Assembly: GCF_963921235.1 (NCBI RefSeq)
Contig: NC_086097.1
Location: 126,544,001-126,608,000, forward strand
DNA: 64,000 bases
Direction of reading: 5' to 3'
Source of the DNA: Mobula hypostoma
Lineage: Eukaryota
The number at the start of each line of letters is the position of its first letter. Position 1 is the first letter of the stretch. This document shows, in pieces, positions 1 to 12,290 of this stretch. The notes below the pieces were generated by a model, which ran no database searches, had not been told where the DNA came from, and saw only the letters and a list, made by a program, of their open reading frames with translations. The position numbers and the translations under genes are program-made.

Positions 1-2090
1 TATAACTCAGGTCCTCAAGTCCTGGCAATATCCTTGTAAATGTTCGTCTTTCAATTTTAGTGATATCTTTCCTGTAGGTGGGTGAACAGAACTGCACACA
101 ATACTCCAGATTAGATGTCACCAATGTCTTGTACAACTTCAAGACAACATCCTAATTCCTTTACTCAATACAGGTTTCCCCCGCCATCCAAAGGTAGAGC
201 GTTCCTATGAAACGGTTCGTAAGCCGAAATGTCGTAAAGCGAAGAAGCAATTACCATTTATTTATATGGGAAAATTTTGTGAGTGTTCGCAGACCCAAAA
301 ATAACCTACCAAATCATGCCAAATAACACATAAAACCTAAAATAACAGTAACATATAGTAAAAGCAGGAATGATATGATAAATACACAGCCTATATAAAG
401 TAGAAATACCTTTCCATGATCATTACTGCACTGTTCACCGAAGCGAAAATCTCACGCAAGCGCCGTCAGCAGAAAATCTCACGCAAGCGCTGTTGGCAAA
501 AACAGGGCGCAAGCGCTCTCCAGTAACCTTTAAGCTATGAAGCTCCCAAATCATACCAAATAACACGTAAAAATACACAGCCGACATAAAGTAGAAATAA
601 TGTATGCACAGTGTAGTATCACTTACTGGAATTGGGAAGACAGCGCAGAGCACACTGATGATGGTGTGTTAGACTGAGTCGTCGCAGGTTGAGTGGTGCA
701 GTGGCCCCCAGCCTCCAGGCCGCCGACCCCATACATTGCCGCGAAGCATGCAGGGCTCCAGCGGTAGCCGGGACACATCCAGCCCATCTTTAAGAAAAAA
801 GCCGAAATAAACATGCTAATTAATTAGGTGCTGCCCGGCACGTAATTGTCGGCAAAGATTAGAGGCAATTGCCGATTGCATCGCCTTTGATCTGGGCCAA
901 CATTTACGTGTGGGGTGGCACCTAATTAATTAGCGTGTTTATTTTGGCTTTTTTCTTAAAGATGTGCTGTGTGCCTCCCGGCTACTGCTGCATTCTTCGC
1001 GAATCGGTACAGTATCTGTCCGTGGCCTGGGTGTTGGGGTGGTGGGACACTGGGGTGTCATCTCGTCGTCTGTTTCCATTAGAGCAGGCAGCTCATCTTC
1101 TCCTATGACTGCCCGCCTCGATGTCAAAGGTTGAGGTTCGTTGTCTGCTGTGGCTGATGTGGAAGGCTTGCTTGACTGCTGAGCCTTGCGCATTTTTCTA
1201 TCACACAGTTCTTTGTAAGGACTCAAACCATCTTGTAAATATCCCCTAAACCTATGAACCCTTTCAAAATTAAAGTCGTACCTTATCATTGCAGTGAAAA
1301 TCTCACGTAGTTGCTTCACTTTTGCTACTGCATTCAGTTTCGATTGTTACTACTGCATTTGGTTTCGATTGTTATCCTTTCCTCTTCCAATTGCATCAGC
1401 TCTTCATCTATCAGTTCTTGGTCATGGGATGCCAAAACCTCTTCAACATCATCTTTGTCAGCTTCCAAAGCCAAACTCACTTTGTCCTTACTTTGTTCAC
1501 CACGATCGAAACGCTTAATTATGTCTAGTTTTAAGCTAAGTGTAACACCCTTACAAGCTCTTTTAGGCTTTTCCGACACCATAGAACCCATCTTGCAAAC
1601 GGCTGCTCACAGGCACGTGTTAAAGCAATGCAGTTCCGAATCCGGGGGAGAGTGGCTGCTCGGGGCGCGTGCTGCCTTTTATCGCCACTGAGTTTTTTCG
1701 CGTGCTGAATTTTTTATCGCACGCTGCTTTTTTTTCATAACAGTGAGGTTTTGTGAAGCGAACACCTGAAAAGCAGGGGACACCTGTACTTTTATTTATG
1801 CAGGCCAATTTGCCATAAAACTCTCTTTATGATCCTGTCTACCTATGACACCACTTTCGAGGAATTACGGATCTGTATTCCCAGAACTCTTTTGTCTACT
1901 GCACTCCTCAGTGCCCTGCCATTCACTGTCTAAGTCCTACCCTGGTTTGTCCTCCCAAAGTGCAACACCTCATACTTATTGTTAAATTCTATCTGCCTTT
2001 TTGCAGCTGGTCCGGATATCTCTGCAAGCTTTGGTAGCCTTTCTCACTGTCCACTACTCCCCCAGTCTTGGTGTCATCTGCAAATTTGCT
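1..2090 (-). mobile_element. Degenerate CR1-type LINE RT fragment, split by the Tigger insertion
   Basis: 1-170 and 1789-2090 join across the TA site and resemble the CR1 copies at 9160-10760 and 56146-57699 (e.g. CKFAD region at 2075-2092). Confidence 0.7.
171..1786 (-). mobile_element. pogo/Tigger DNA transposon, internally deleted non-autonomous copy
   Basis: TA TSD (169-170, 1787-1788); TIRs CAGGTTTCCCCCGC / revcomp CAGGTGTCCCCTGC; minus ORFs encode a CENP-B-like HTH start (VTLSLKLDIIKRFDRGE) and Tigger C-terminal segments, with no DDD core. Confidence 0.88.
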
Positions 2091-2159
2091 GATGCATACA
2101 TCAGGATGCTCTCTATCAACTACAATTTGGCATTCAATACTATCATCCCCTCCAAGCTA

Positions 2160-3345
2160 ATCAATGTCAATAATCAGCTCCTTGGTCTTGCTGACATTGA
2201 GTGAGAGGTTGTTGTTGTGGCACCATTCAGCCAGATTTTCAGTTTCATTCCTGTATACTGATTCGGCCAATAGCAGTGGTATCGTCAGTGAACTTAAATA
2301 TGGCATTGGAGCTGTGCTTAGCCTTGCAGTCATATGTATAAAGCGAGTAGAGCAGAGGCCTAAGCACATAACCTTGTGGTACACTTGTGCTGATGGGAGA
2401 TTGTGGAAGAGATGTTGCTAATCTGAGCTGACTGATGTCTGCAAGTGAGGAAATCGAGGATCCAATTGCACAGGGAGGTACTGTGGCTAAGGTCTTGAAG
2501 CTTATTGATTAGTTTTGAGTGGATGATAGTATTAAATGCTGAGCTGTAGTCAATAAGAGCATCCTGTTAAGTGCATCTTCGCTGTCCAGATGTGACAGGG
2601 TTGAGTGGAGAGCCAATGAAATGGCACATGCTGTGGACCTGTTGTGCTGCTGGGCAAATTGGAGTGGATCCAAGTCACTTCTCAGGCAAGAGTTGATAAT
2701 GTTTCATCATAAACCTCTCAAAGCACTTCATCATAGTGGATGTAAGTGCTACTGGAGAGTAGTCATTGAGGCAGGTCACCATGTTCTTCCTTGGTGCTGG
2801 TGTAATTGAAGCCTGTTTGAAGCAGCTGGGTGCTGCAGGGTGCTGAAGTGAGAGGTTAAAGATAACAGTGAACACTTCAGCCAGTTGGTCGGCATAGGTC
2901 TTTAGTACTCAGCCAGGTACCCCATCTGGGCCGGATGCTTTCTGTGGGTTCATCCTCATGAAGAATGCTTTCTCGTCGGCTTCAGAGACTGAAATCACAG
3001 GGTCATCGGGGACTGCAGGAGTTTGTGAAGATTCCTCAATGGTCAAAGCAAGCATACTGATCCTCTGTTGTCACAATTACGGCAAACTCAGGTTGGAGGA
3101 GCAACACCACACATTGAAAGTTCAAAGTGCATATATTATCATAGATGGAGCTATATATATTGAGCTCTTCGGGAAGTGAGGCCCTCTCATCAGCTATGTT
3201 GCTTGGTTTCATTTTGTAAGAGGTAATGGCATTCAAGCCCTGCTGCAACTGTCGAGCATCCTTCGTTGATTCAGATTTGGTCCAGAATTGCCACTTCACC
3301 TATGAGATGGCTTTCTGGAGATCATTCTGGACTTCTTGTATCATA
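2160..3345 (-). mobile_element. Rex1/Babar LINE RT fragment
   Basis: Peptides NNLSLNVSKTKELIID and PSCFKQASITPAPRKNMVTCLNDYSPVALTSTMMKCFER are typical Rex1 RT; frameshifted. Confidence 0.8.
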
Positions 3346-3960
3346 TTTGGAAGAAGTCATAAGATGTTTTTTGAATTTAATGATGTGGCCTCTCTTTTTT
3401 AAAGATAGTAGGTTCAATCATGCCAAATAATTCTTCCAGTTGAAAATCAATAAAGAAAAAAGAAACTACAAAAGTTGGAAATCTAAAATAAAAACTGGGC
3501 GTGCTGGAAGTATTCAACATGTCAGTACAATTTCTGGAAAGAGAAACTGACGTAATGTTTTAAGTCAAAGAATTGTTTTAGGTCGGGTCACATGTTTCAG
3601 GGCTCAAAAATCTGGGAGCATATTACAATAACAATTGTTCCAGTCATTGTGATGTGGCCCATGAAGTAATTCAAAACCTTGGGGACAAAACCCTAATTAT
3701 TTGACACAACATTGGTATTCTCTTAGACATCATAGAGATTGATATCAAATCTGCCATTTACATTGTTGGTACATAAGCAATAGATGCTAACACTTAAATG
3801 TGATCATGTTATATATTATTAATTCAGACAAAAGCTGATGACCTGTTTTAAATTAGCAGAGAGTATTTCAATACGTATGCTGAATGTATTCAGCACATTC
3901 GAGTTGTAAATGTTCCATTTAACAAAAGTAAAATGTAATACTGTTCATTTTTTGTTATAG

Positions 3961-4047
3961 GTTGCAGACAGCAGAAATACCTTGCCCGGAGCCAATCATG
4001 CTCAGGAGTCATGTGCTTGTTATGGGCTTTATTGGTAAAGATGACAT
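3961..4047 (+). CDS. RIOK1: RIO kinase 1, internal coding exon (first visible in window)
   Basis: ttatag|G...GACAT|gtgagt; translates (R)[29 protein letters not shown], matching the RIO1 kinase domain; splices in frame to 6809. Confidence 0.95.
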
Positions 4048-4489
4048 GTGAGTTTTTTTTCTGTGGAATTAAAGCTATTAATATTGAAAATCGATAAAAT
4101 GTTTAAAAGAGAGCCTTGTTGTTGTGTTCCGTAAATAAACTGGGTTATTCTGATGGGTTTTGTATGTGAGGAGTGCTAAGGGTAAAGTATAAATTTTACA
4201 GGACCAGACAAGACCCATTTGTAGAATTGAAGATCTGCTCAGAAACTAGCTGTATCCCTTAACCAAGCTGTTTCAGTGCCATTACAACACTGGGATCTAC
4301 CTGACAATGTGGTAAGTTGTCCATTTCCCATGGACCTATGCCCTTGTCTTCCTTGGTGATGAGGATGCAGCTGATGCACTCATCTGGATGTGTGCAATAC
4401 ATCTCATCGTACTCTGGACTTGTGCCTTGTAGATTATGGAAAGGCCTTGGGCTATCTTGAGTCACTAGCTACATCTTCCCAACCACTGA

Positions 4490-5350
4490 AATCAGGCTAA
4501 CTGTGCTATAAGTAAGGCTAACTTTTCTTCTATCTCTCCCTTCTTAAAGAGTGGAGTGACATTTGTACTTTCCCAGTTCTTCGGAATCATTCCAGAATCT
4601 AGTGATTTTTGAAAGCTCATTGCTAATGCCGCCACAATTTCTTCAACTATCTCTTTCAGATCCTGGGTGTAGACCATCTGGTCCAAGTGACTTATGTACC
4701 TTCAAACTTTTCAGCCTCCAAAGCACCTTCTCCTTAGTTATAGCAACTTCACTCACTTCTTCCCTCTGAACTCTCAAATTTCTGACAAACTGGTAGTGAC
4801 TTTCACAGTGAAGACTGATGCAAAATAGTTATTCATTTTGTCTGCCATTTCTTTGCCCCATTACTATCTCTCCAGCATCATTTTTCAGCGATCCGATATC
4901 CACTCTTTTAGTATCTTTTATATTATTGTCAAGCTTACCTTCATATTTCATTCTTTCTCTCTTTATCATTTTTGAAGTTGCTTTCTGTTGGTTTTTATGG
5001 CTTCCTGATCTTCTAACTTTCCACTAATTTTTGCTATATTATATGCTCTCTCTTTTGCTTTTATGCTGTCTTTTACTTCCTTCATCAGCCACGGTTGTAT
5101 CATCCTCCCTAAGCATACTTCATCTTTGGGGTGTATCTATCCTGTGCTTCTTGAGATGAGCTGATCCTGCATCTTCCAAGTTACTCTTAGAAAGTCCACC
5201 AGTTGCTGCTCTGTATTATCGTGCTAGCGGCCCCCTCCCATCAACTGGTCAGCTTCTCTTTCGTGCCTCTGTGACTGTCTTTATTCCACTGTAGTAATGA
5301 TACATCTGACTTTAACTTCTCCCATTCATTCAAACTGCAGGGTGAATTGT
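4490..5350 (-). mobile_element. Degenerate CR1 LINE ORF2 fragment
   Basis: LKEIVEEIVAALAMSFQKSLDSGMIPKNWESTNVTPLFKKG is homologous to the N-terminus of the CR1 RT at 57699. Confidence 0.75.
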
Positions 5351-5479
5351 TTTAACTCCTCAGACTTAAATTTTAGTCTGCATCTATTCTTGCCTAAACC
5401 TGCTGAGCCAAATCCTGTCCACTCCAACACTATACACACCAATAGTGGCCACTCTGCTTACACCTCTTTTTTTTTGTTC

Positions 5480-6339
5480 TGTCACGTACCCTGTGACAAG
5501 TTAAAGAACCAGCAGAAATAGAAAACACCTTGGAGTCCAGTATTGCTATTAACTAATGGTATTTAGTAGTAACTATGCAATACAGTAATATAAATGCAGA
5601 TACGTCAAACAGATTAACGATGATTATATATAAGTAAGTATATCAGTAAGTGTGGAAATATATGAAAATCAAGCTTCTTCAAGTCTGGAGGTAAAAAGAT
5701 ACAATCTTACAATGATGAGTAAAGTTCAGTTCAGTTCGTGGTATTGAGTTGAGTAGTGATGAGAGAGAGAGAGAGGGAGAGATTTGAGTCTTCAGGTGAG
5801 CTGACGCTGTCGATCCTCCCGTTGTCCTCCAAAATCCTTTAGAAGTCTCCGACTGTGACCACAACGAAGGGGACCATTCTTCTGTGGTGGAGCTATCAAC
5901 CCAGGCAAGGGTTGGACACACAGATAACTCCCCACCAGTCACACCCTGTTCTCACTGCAAGAGCCACTGATTGATCCTCCAAAACCCACTTTTTCTGTGG
6001 GCACAACAAAGCTCATTCAGTGTCCAAAACCATGTGTCTGAGGTCTATCATCTGACCTTCTATTTATCTGCCCGTGCTGAATACCAACTGCCACTCAAAC
6101 AGCTCTTCCCTTCTCTGTCTGTAAGAATTTCTAAGCAGGCAGCGACCTTGTAGAACTGTAAACATACTGTGAGCAGTCTTTGCACCTCTCTCTCCCCCCC
6201 CACCCCCCTCTCCCCCTCTCCCCCCCCTCCCCCCTCTCCCTCTCCCCCCCCTCTCTCCCTCCCTCTCCCCCTCTCTCTCTCTTAAAAACAAGATGTCGGT
6301 GTTAAATAACTCTATTTTTGACAAGGTGCTTGTGTTGGG

Positions 6340-6370
<31 letters not shown>

Positions 6371-6410
6371 TCAAAAGCAGTTTTTTGGGGTAATTCAGGA
6401 CCCCGTCACA
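5480..6410 (-). mobile_element. Solo LTR
   Basis: TGTCA...TCACA termini, perfect 4-bp TSD GTTC (5476-5479, 6411-6414); its left end is the reverse complement of the 3' end of the LTR at 43328-44216. Confidence 0.82.
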
Positions 6411-6808
6411 GTTCCCTGATTTGTTATGATTTCAGCCCACTGAAAAGTTCTGAAAGTCCCTGAGCTCTTTCTAAATCTTGTGCTACCTCACCAACGAATG
6501 ACCTCTTGCATGATTACAGCCCACTGTTTTATTTTGTTTCATTAAATAATATAAGAAACTGGCTTTCAGAGAAACAGTGGTATACAGCAGGTATAGTTAA
6601 AATAGTAGCAAAGCTGCCAATGTGCGAATGGCTTTATTTGGATTAGAGTCTTGCTTTAAAACTTCAAAGTTTCTTGTGTTCATAATGAAATTATCACATG
6701 TTTATTTTTGCAGCTCCATTTTTATTGTTTTAAAAAAACCTGTCTCATCAGTTTCAATGTAAAGGAATTGAGAAATTGTACTTACTCACCATCCTTTCTA
6801 TCTTCTAG

Positions 6809-6946
6809 GCCAGCACCACTGTTGAAGAATGCTCATTTGTCTGAATCCAAGGCAAGGGAGCTTTATCTTCTTCTGATTCAATATATGCGAAGAATGTATA
6901 AGGATGCTCGGTTGGTTCATGCTGATCTCAGTGAATTTAACCTGTT
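6809..6946 (+). CDS. RIOK1: RIO kinase 1 exon, catalytic loop
   Basis: ttctag|G...CTGTT|gtaagt; [46 protein letters not shown] contains the RIO catalytic motif HADLSEFN. Confidence 0.97.
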
Positions 6947-8761
6947 GTAAGTTCCTTTCAATGCACCTATTAATCATTGGACTTTTTATCTGTTCTTCAC
7001 AACCAGAGCCACGATCTACAAGAAGTTGCTTTGTTCAGAATACATTTATTATCAAAGTATGTATAACCTTGAGATTTGTCTGTTTACAGGCAGCCATAAA
7101 ACAAGAAACCCAAAAGAACCCATTTAAAAAAGACCAACAAACACTGAATGCGCAGAGAGAGAACAAAAAACACACGTTGAGCAAACAGTAAAAGCAAGCA
7201 ACAGCATTCAGAACAAAAGTAACTCCATAGACACAAAGCCCAAAGTAGGCCCACAGCCTCAGCTTCAGTTGCTCATACTTAAAATGCAAATTTCTGTCAC
7301 ATAATTCACTTATCTTGAAATGACCAACATCAACTTGTAATGTTGTAAATATTACACATTAACTATAAACTTCGACATTGTATATTTTAAAATATTTCTC
7401 AACAGTAACTGAAAGCATTTTTGTGCTTAAGCAATTTCTTTGTTGGAAAGCGTAGCCAGGCACCACTCAAAAGGTTGACATAGCCAAGTAAAGAGATGCT
7501 GTAATATTAGGATGTTTGACAAAAATGTTGAATTGGGATTTGAAAAAAAGATCTTGGAGGAGGGCAGATAGATGTGACTCTTGTGATTGCACACGGTCAT
7601 TAGTATTAAGTTGTGTGAAGACAAGAAATGGAGAGCCTGGAAACAGCCGATCGTATGAAATGAGAATGGTGGGCATGGATATATCTGAGGGTATAGAAAT
7701 TGACATTGAATTATCAACTTTGTAAATTCAATTCCTACCTTGTGTTTTCCGTGGTGTGTAGTTTTGTGTGTAACAGTATATGAGCTGGACAAGGATGAAA
7801 CATAATCACATAAATTTGACATTACACTGACATGCTGTTTAGCTCAACTGCTCTGTGTTGTTCTACAAGAGACAGCATTAAGAAATAGAAACAGAGATCA
7901 GCCACTTGACCCCTTGGACTTCCTCCATCATTGACATTGGGACTGATCATTTATCTCAACACGACTATTGCACTCGCTCTCTCTCCCTGATTCCCTGAAT
8001 ATTTAAAACACTCAATTGCAGGTGGAAAATTCCTCCCCTCTGGGTGAAGAAATGTGTCTTGTCTGCCTTGCATGGCAGACCTGTATTGTAGTTCTAGATA
8101 CACCAGCAAGAAGAAACTTCACTCATCTAACCTGTCAAGCCTTTTATCAACCATGCATTTGAAGGAAGCATTGCCTCATTACAAACACACCATCCGTTGA
8201 ACCAATCTGGTGAACCCTCAAGTATATTCTTCCTTGGGAAGAGAGGTTGGGCCTGTACTCAGTATCCCAGACATCACCTTGGATTTAAGTTATTGTGGCC
8301 AGATGTATTGCAATAAAGACAGCTTTTCTGATTGCTTATTGAACCTACATGTTCAAATAGTGATTTAGCTACAAAGGGTACGTAGGTCTCTTTGAACATC
8401 AACACTTTGCGGTCTCTCAACATTTTCTGCTCACTGCTCCACGACGTTTGCTCCACTTTGTGCGGTGCTAAGACTGTGAGACTGCTCCAGGCTGGGAGCT
8501 TCGCAGTGGTTTGTTCCACTGTGTGATGAACTGAGGCGGTGGCCTGCTCCTGCTGCTCCAGGCTTCGTGTCCATGGACTCACTTCCGTTCTAAACGCTGC
8601 TGCTTGCTTTTATTGTTTATATGATGTGTTTTTTTTTTCTCTGCGCATTGGGTGTTTGTTGATCTTTTTTTTAAATGAGTTATTTTGGATTTCTTGCTTT
8701 GTTGCTGCCTGTAAACAGACAAATCTCAAGGTTGTATAATTTATAGATACTTTGATAATAA

Positions 8762-8987
8762 CTCGCCAGTTGGTGGCATAGTGGCATCAACGCTGGACTT
8801 TGGGGCAGAAGGTCCCAAGTTCGAATCCAGCCGGCTCCCGTGCACGCTTTCCTTTCGTGCTGGGTTGAGCGTCGAGCTAGCAACTCGACCTCATGGAAAA
8901 GAAATTGCCTGCTACAGAAACATCAACAGCAAAAAGTTGATGGCCTATGCTCTCCCGTGAGTTTAAAGGCAATTTCTTTTCTCTCTC
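8762..8987 (+). mobile_element. tRNA-derived SINE
   Basis: A box TGGCATAGTGG (8774) and B box GTTCGAATCC (8819); 10-bp TSD TTGATAATAA (8752-8761, 8988-8997); inserted into another dispersed repeat. Confidence 0.82.
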
Positions 8988-9159
8988 TTGATAATAAATG
9001 TACTTTGAACTTTAAAAACAAAACTTTGTCTATTGTCTCTAGCAAGGCAGAGATAACACATTTTTCTAATTGTATCTCATGTTCCATGCTTTCACCCATC
9101 ATCTTAATCTGTTCCTATCCACTGAAGTTTCCACATAGCACCCTCACAGTTTACAATTA

Positions 9160-10760
9160 GTGTCATTGAATCATAGAGCACTACAGCACAGAAGTAGGCC
9201 TTTTGGCATATGTAGTCCTTGCCAAACTTACTCTGCCAAGTTCTATTGGCTTAGAACTGGATCACAGCCCGTCATTCCACCACCATCCATGTCCTTATCC
9301 AAACATCTCTTAAATCTTGCAGTAGAACCCAAACTTAACAGTTCCACTGGCACCTCATTTCACACTCTCACCACCCTTTGAGTGAAGAAGTTCTTACTCA
9401 GATTCTCTGTAAGTGTTTCATCTTTTATCCCTAACTCATCCAACCTTAATGGAAAAGTGTGTTTTCATTTATCCCTCGTAATTTTGTGTACCTCTAACAA
9501 ATCTCCCCTTCATTCTCCTACACTCCAGAAAATAGTCCAACCTATTCAATCTCCCTATAACTCGGGTCCTCAAGTCCTGCAACATCCTTGTAAATTTTCT
9601 CTATATTCTTTCAATCTTGTTGATTCCTTGGTGACCAGAATTGCACCATATTTGACTTCACCAATGTCTTGTATATGTATAACAGCATCTCAACTTCTAT
9701 ACTTGGGACTTCAATTTATGAAAGCCAGTTTGCCAGAAGCTTTCTCTTTGACCCTGTCTACCTATGATGCCATTTTCCAGGAATTGTAGATCTGCATTCC
9801 CAGATCCCTCTATTCTACCACTGTTTTTAATGCCCCACTGTTCACTATGTAGGTTCCACCCTGACTTGTCTTCCCAAAGTGCAACGCCTCATACTTGTCG
9901 GCATTAAATTATATCTCCCATTTTGTAGGTGGTCCAGATCCCGCTGCAAGCTTTGGTAGCCTTTGTTGTCCATTATTAAAAACCTCCAGCACTCAGGACA
10001 TGCCCTTTTCTCACTGTTACCATCAAGTAGGAGATACAGAAGCCTGAAGGCACACACTCAGTGATTCAGGAACAGCTTCTCCCCCTCTGCCATCCGATTC
10101 CCGAATGGACTTTGAAGCTTTGGACACTACCTCACTTCTTTTAATACACAGTATTTCTGTTTTTGCACATTTTAATAATCTGTTCAATACACATAATTAA
10201 TTTACTTGTTTATTTAATATTATGTTTTATTTTATTTTTTTTTCTCTCTTTCTGCTAGATTATGTATTGCATTGAACTGCTGCTGCTAAGTTAACAAATT
10301 TCATGTCACATGCCGGTGATAATAAACCTGATTCTGATTCTGTTGTCCCCAATCCTGGTGTTATCTGCAAATTTGCTAATACAGTTTATCACATTATCAT
10401 CTAAGTAGAAGACATAGGTGACAAACAGCAACGGACTCAGCACCAGTTCCTGCGGCACACCACTAGTTCCATGCCTCCAGGAAGAGAGGCAACCATCTAC
10501 TACCACTCTCTGGCTTCTCCCACAAAGCAATGTTGAATCCAGTTTACTACCTCATCCTGAATGCCAAGCAACTGAACCTTGCGGATCTGCCTGTTCTGTG
10601 AGACTTTATCTTCAGCCTTGCCTAAAGTCCCTGAAACCTCTAAGATTGGATAGATACAACTTCACATGCAAACTATCCTTAACCAGGCCCTATTTATCCA
10701 AATACTTATGTATCCAGTACCTTAGAATACTTTCCATTAATTTATGTCAGGCTCACTGGC
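9160..10760 (-). mobile_element. CR1 LINE 3' fragment interrupted by a Rex1 tail
   Basis: Minus peptides RSQRVVVDGCLSSWRHGTSGVPQELVLSPLLF and ISKFADNTRIG; CR1-like 3' UTR at ~9165. Confidence 0.75.
9972..10340 (+). mobile_element. Rex1/Babar LINE 3' end, 5'-truncated
   Basis: Ends in AATAAACC(TGATTC)n tail; 8-bp TSD TGTTGTCC (9964-9971, 10341-10348). Confidence 0.75.
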
Positions 10761-10949
10761 CTTTAACAATAAGGAAACTGGATCTGCATGCAAATCTGAC
10801 AGGAATGATTAATATATCCTACATTATTAATCAAACACTTAGGAGATGTAATTTTATAAACAGATATGCAAATTTAAAAATAAATAGCGATAAATATATA
10901 TTACAAACGCATGCATGCATGCTCACACGCCCACTCCCTCTCCCCTTAG

Positions 10950-11476
10950 GTACATGATTGTACTTAATAAAGTAGCCACATGAGTGGAACCCAGTGTGGT
11001 CTTTTGCTGCTGTAGCCCATCCACCTTAAGGTTCATGATGTGTTGTGCATTCAGAGATGCTCTTCTCCACACCACTATTGTAATTTGTGGTTGTTTGGTT
11101 TACTGCAACCTTGCGGTCAGTCTGGCCAGTCTCCTTTGACCTTCTTTCTATTAACAAAGTATCTGCACCCACAAAGTTGCCACTTGCTGGATGTTTTTTG
11201 GTTTTCTCACCATTCTCTGTAAACTTTAGAAACTGTTGTATGTGAAAATCCCAGAGGATCAGCAGTTTCTGCAATGCTGAAACTTCCCCTTCTGGCACCA
11301 ACAATCATTCCACGGTCAAAGTCACTTAGGCCACATGTCTTTCCCATTCGAGGTTTGGTCTGAACAACAACTTGAACCATTTGATTATGCATGCTTTTCC
11401 GCATTGAATTGCGATCACATGATTGTCTGATTAGATATTTGCATTAACGAGCAAGTATACTATTGGTCACTGAGTG
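10950..11476 (-). mobile_element. Non-autonomous Tc1-like DNA transposon
   Basis: Minus peptide MGKTCGLSDFDRGMIVGARRGSFSIAETADPLGFSHTTVSKVYREW is a Tc1 N-terminal HTH; no catalytic domain; ends approximate. Confidence 0.75.
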
Positions 11477-11528
11477 GGTGTGTGTGTGTTGTTCAAGCTT
11501 CGTTTTTTTCCCTAATTTCATCATACAG

Positions 11529-11632
11529 GTACCATAATGGGGGTATTTATATAATTGATGTATCACAATCAGTAGAACATGATCATCCATGTGCTTTGGA
11601 ATTTCTCCGAAAAGACTGTCTCAATGTTAATG
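11529..11632 (+). CDS. RIOK1: RIO kinase 1 exon, metal-binding loop
   Basis: atacag|G...AATG|gtaggt; [34 protein letters not shown] contains the RIO1 IDVSQSV motif. Confidence 0.97.
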
Positions 11633-11778
11633 GTAGGTCAAAACCACAACTAATCTTGTTATGCTTAGATTTTTCCTTTGATTTGTTGGAGACTATGATC
11701 AATTGTTATGTAACAAATCTATAATATTTAGTGTTAAGCACTGAATATTTATATAGATGTTAAGTAAATCTGTTTGAG

Positions 11779-11858
11779 CAGGGGTTCCCAGCCTTTTTAA
11801 TGCCATGGACCCCTACCATTAACTGAGGGTTCCATGGACCCCAGGTTGGGAACTCCTG
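11779..11858. mobile_element. ~80-bp hAT (Charlie-type) MITE
   Basis: TIRs CAGGGGTTCCCA / TGGGAACTCCTG; second copy at 19713-19793. Confidence 0.75.
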
Positions 11859-12242
11859 TTCTAGAGCTTTCACTGTAAGTTGAGAGTGCCCTCATATGCT
11901 GAGAATATAGACTAAGTTGATAGCTGATACAATGCTGGAGACCTAAATTGTTGATCTGCCATCAAATAGTTTCCATAAAATTAAAAATATTATCTATTAT
12001 ACATTCCTAATCTCATAGTTGTCAATGGTTTATGGGAAATCTTATCACAAGAATATTTTGAGATTTTGGAATGAGATATGCTCAAAATAATTGTTACTTT
12101 AAGCTAATGTTCTTCCATTAAAGTAGATTTTTTTAAATTCACTCATATTTGGATGTCATTTTAGAATGCATGGCTCGTCTAAGTGTTTCATTTTTACAAA
12201 TAAACTCTTCTTGGGCTTCCAGCCAGATATAAGTATCGATTA

Positions 12243-12290
12243 TAACTGACATTTCAATGACAGACTCTGCCATCTTCTTCAGGGATGATG
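12243..12290 (-). ncRNA. Hammerhead ribozyme-like motif (type I, Penelope pLTR)
   Basis: Minus strand CTGAAGA-ag-ATGGCAG-agt-CTGTCAT-t-GAAA-TGTC; 7-bp stem II; stem I weak. Confidence 0.55.

Noticed and set aside
6186..6368. C/CT-rich tract (G-quadruplex potential on minus) and the RGG-rich ORF 6064-6342
   Set aside because: Low-complexity microsatellite inside a solo LTR; no evidence of function
8762..8840. tRNA-like sequence (also ~42540-42603)
   Set aside because: SINE heads: no complete cloverleaf, and each continues into a SINE body
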